Shown here one piece after another: positions 30,834 through 32,342 of a stretch of DNA of 32,342 bases; position 1 is the stretch's first letter, and the number at the start of each line of letters is the position of its first letter. The stretch comes from Choristocarpus tenellus KU-1152 (lineage: Eukaryota; Protista; Phaeophyceae). The notes under the pieces are model-generated. The model worked only from the letters and a program-made list of their open reading frames with translations, did not search any database and was not told where the DNA came from. A program made the translations under genes and the position numbers. Location: the NCBI GenBank assembly GCA_964200185.2, contig CAXNAD020000071.1, forward strand, positions 1 through 32,342. The letters are read 5' to 3'.

Positions 30834-30856
30834 CCAATTGAATGATAATAAAATTC
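30802..30856. terminator. perfect 26-bp inverted repeat followed by T tracts at the nad1/tatC convergence
   Basis: GAATTTTATTATCATTCAATTGGCTA-AAC-TAGCCAATTGAATGATAATAAAATTC, then TTTT-G-T14. Confidence 0.75.
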
Positions 30857-30867
30857 TTTTGTTTTTT

Positions 30868-30923
30868 TTTTTTTTAAGTTTATTATTATAATTACTTTTT
30901 TTTAAGTTTATTATTATAATTAC
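30868..30923. repeat. 28-nt tandem duplication at the tatC 3' end
   Basis: T8-AAGTTTATTATTATAATTAC occurs twice (30868-30895 and 30896-30923). Confidence 0.9.
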
Positions 30924-31608
30924 TTATCATACAAAGTATAAATCTCCAACTTTCATACAATAAAATTATAGGTGATACAACAAAAATTTGAGTTGTAAAA
31001 TTTGGTGGACTTAATAATGCTCCTATTAGACAAAATAATATATATATTATTCGTCTGTGGTTAGTTCCTAGTATTTTTAAAAGTATATTATTTATACGTA
31101 AAAATACAAGTCCAAATGGTACCACAAAATTTAATCCTAATCCTATTAATTCTAGATAATACAAGTACTCATTAAGTTGAGGCTCATAATTAAGCTGGAT
31201 AGTAGTAAATTCTTTTGTATATCCATATAAAAGTTCCCAACTTATTTGTATTAAGTAAGGTCCACAAAACAAAAATAAAAAAATGTATAAAATTGCTCCT
31301 TGCATTAAGATTTTTCTTATTTTTCTTGCTTCAGAGGCATAAAGGGCTGGTTTAACAAAATAATATACTTGTAAAATTGTCATAACTACCCCAGATTGTA
31401 CGCTTATAAATAGACAAAGTCTTAAATATGCATAAAAAATATCTGTAGGTTGGTTACTTACAAAGTGTGTGAATCCTTTTGGAATCAATATAAAAAGCAA
31501 AGTTTCTTTGTAACAGAAGGTTAGAATAAAAATTAAGCATATTGTAAAACCAATATATAGTGCTCTAAATTTTAATTCATTGAAATATTTAATATAAACG
31601 TCTACCAT
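30892..31608 (-). CDS. tatC: twin-arginine translocase subunit C
   Basis: YFNELKFR, PTDIFYAYL, YYFVKPALY.SE and ALLSPP..TQI....P..LLYE motifs; multiple TM helices. Confidence 0.92.
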   Translation of the reverse strand: MVDVYIKYFNELKFRALYIGFTICLIFILTFCYKETLLFILIPKGFTHFVSNQPTDIFYAYLRLCLFISVQSGVVMTILQVYYFVKPALYASEARKIRKILMQGAILYIFLFLFCGPYLIQISWELLYGYTKEFTTIQLNYEPQLNEYLYYLELIGLGLNFVVPFGLVFLRINNILLKILGTNHRRIIYILFCLIGALLSPPNFTTQIFVVSPIILLYESWRFILCMISNYNNKLKKK

Positions 31609-31659
31609 TTTAATTACAAGTTGGTTTTTTTTGGTATTTCTTTTATTAGTACACATGTT

Positions 31660-32004
31660 ATGAAAAATATAAATTATTCTTTTTATGATTTTAAATATAG
31701 ATTATACGACTGTGAGGTTTGGTATCAATCCACAAGTTTAAAAACACTTCGTTATTGGCTTTCAATTTTACCTGTTAAAGATTTTAATTTAAAATCTTTA
31801 CCTACAAGGCGTAAAAGATTTACTCTTCTTAGATCCCCGCTAGGTAATAAAATATCTAAAGATCAGTATGAAGAAATTTCTTATTGTGGATTTTTATCGT
31901 TACGCAGTGCAAATCCAGGAAAAATTTTAGGATTTTTAGGTTTACTCCTTAAACCTATAGGGGTTAAGGTTAAAATTAGAGTCGGCATCGGTGTAGGGAG
32001 ATAG
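31660..32004 (+). CDS. rps10: ribosomal protein S10
   Basis: LPTRRKRFTLLRSP..NK.SKDQYE motif; TAG stop lies inside trnW. Confidence 0.9.
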   Translation: MKNINYSFYDFKYRLYDCEVWYQSTSLKTLRYWLSILPVKDFNLKSLPTRRKRFTLLRSPLGNKISKDQYEEISYCGFLSLRSANPGKILGFLGLLLKPIGVKVKIRVGIGVGR

Positions 32005-32067
32005 TTCAATCGGCAGAACATTGGTCTCCAAAACCAAAGGTTGGGGGTTCAAGTCCCTTTCTTCCTG
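31995..32067 (+). tRNA. trnW: tRNA-Trp(CCA)
   Basis: acceptor AGGGAGA/TCTTCCT, TTGGT-CTCCAAA-ACCAA. Confidence 0.96.
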
Positions 32068-32192
32068 TTGATTAATTCTTGTTTCCATTTTTTAATCTTA
32101 ATATGGAAACGATTAATTAATCTTGGTATATCAGTAAAAAACAAAAGTCCTACAAATAATATAATTAATAAAGAAGAGATATTAAATTTCAT
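32049..32192 (-). CDS. tatA: probable twin-arginine translocase subunit A (47 aa)
   Basis: MKFNISSLLIILFVGLLFFTDIPRL..: short TM helix, F-hinge, (I)P and basic amphipathic helix; same strand as and upstream of tatC. Confidence 0.7.
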   Translation of the reverse strand: MKFNISSLLIILFVGLLFFTDIPRLINRFHIKIKKWKQELINRKKGT

Positions 32193-32205
32193 ATTTATAA
32201 AATTA

Positions 32206-32277
32206 TGGAGTCTAGCCAAGATGGTAAGGCGCCCGTTTTTGGTGCGGGGAACGTAGGTTCGAGTCCTGCGACTCCAG
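32206..32277 (+). tRNA. trnQ: tRNA-Gln(UUG)
   Basis: acceptor TGGAGTC/GACTCCA, CCCGT-TTTTGGT-GCGGG. Confidence 0.95.
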
Positions 32278-32342
32278 GCCAAGGTGGTGGAAATGGTATA
32301 CACGCTGGGTTTAGGTTCCAGTCCTATACGGTTAGGGGTTCA
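32278..32342 (+). tRNA. trnL: tRNA-Leu(UAG), 5' part (ends at bases 1-16)
   Basis: GCCAAGG-TG-GTG-GAAATGGTATA-CAC, loop TT-TAG-GT, long variable arm, T arm split by the window edge. Confidence 0.94.

Noticed and set aside
32041-32256. 71-aa plus-strand ORF
   Set aside because: Starts in trnW, ends in trnQ and is antisense to the better tatA candidate

Overview
This window is an apparently complete, circular, intron-free 32,342-bp mitochondrial genome of a stramenopile alga. The trnL(UAG) gene starts at 32278 and finishes at bases 1-16, which shows circularity. It encodes nad1-7, nad4L, nad9, an N-terminal-only nad11, cob, cox1-3, atp6/8/9, 11 rps genes, 7 rpl genes (rpl10 and rpl31 tentative), tatC, an unannotated 47-aa tatA, one orphan ORF (253 aa), rns, rnl, a probably permuted 5S rRNA and 22 tRNAs. 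The main signal is a deviant genetic code: ATA sits at invariant Met positions in cox1, cox2, cob, nad7 and rpl2, while TGA stays a stop and Trp is TGG only. No intact trnI(CAU) is visible, and two decayed tRNA-like elements lie in spacers. This combination points to the xanthophyte/brown-algal (PX) lineage, which is an inference. Other oddities: a G-quadruplex-like G tract, a perfect 26-bp hairpin at the nad1/tatC convergence, three ribosomal-protein genes whose stop codons lie inside downstream tRNAs, a 173-nt rps3/rpl16 overlap, and no recognisable trnD. All structures were folded by eye and rRNA ends are approximate.
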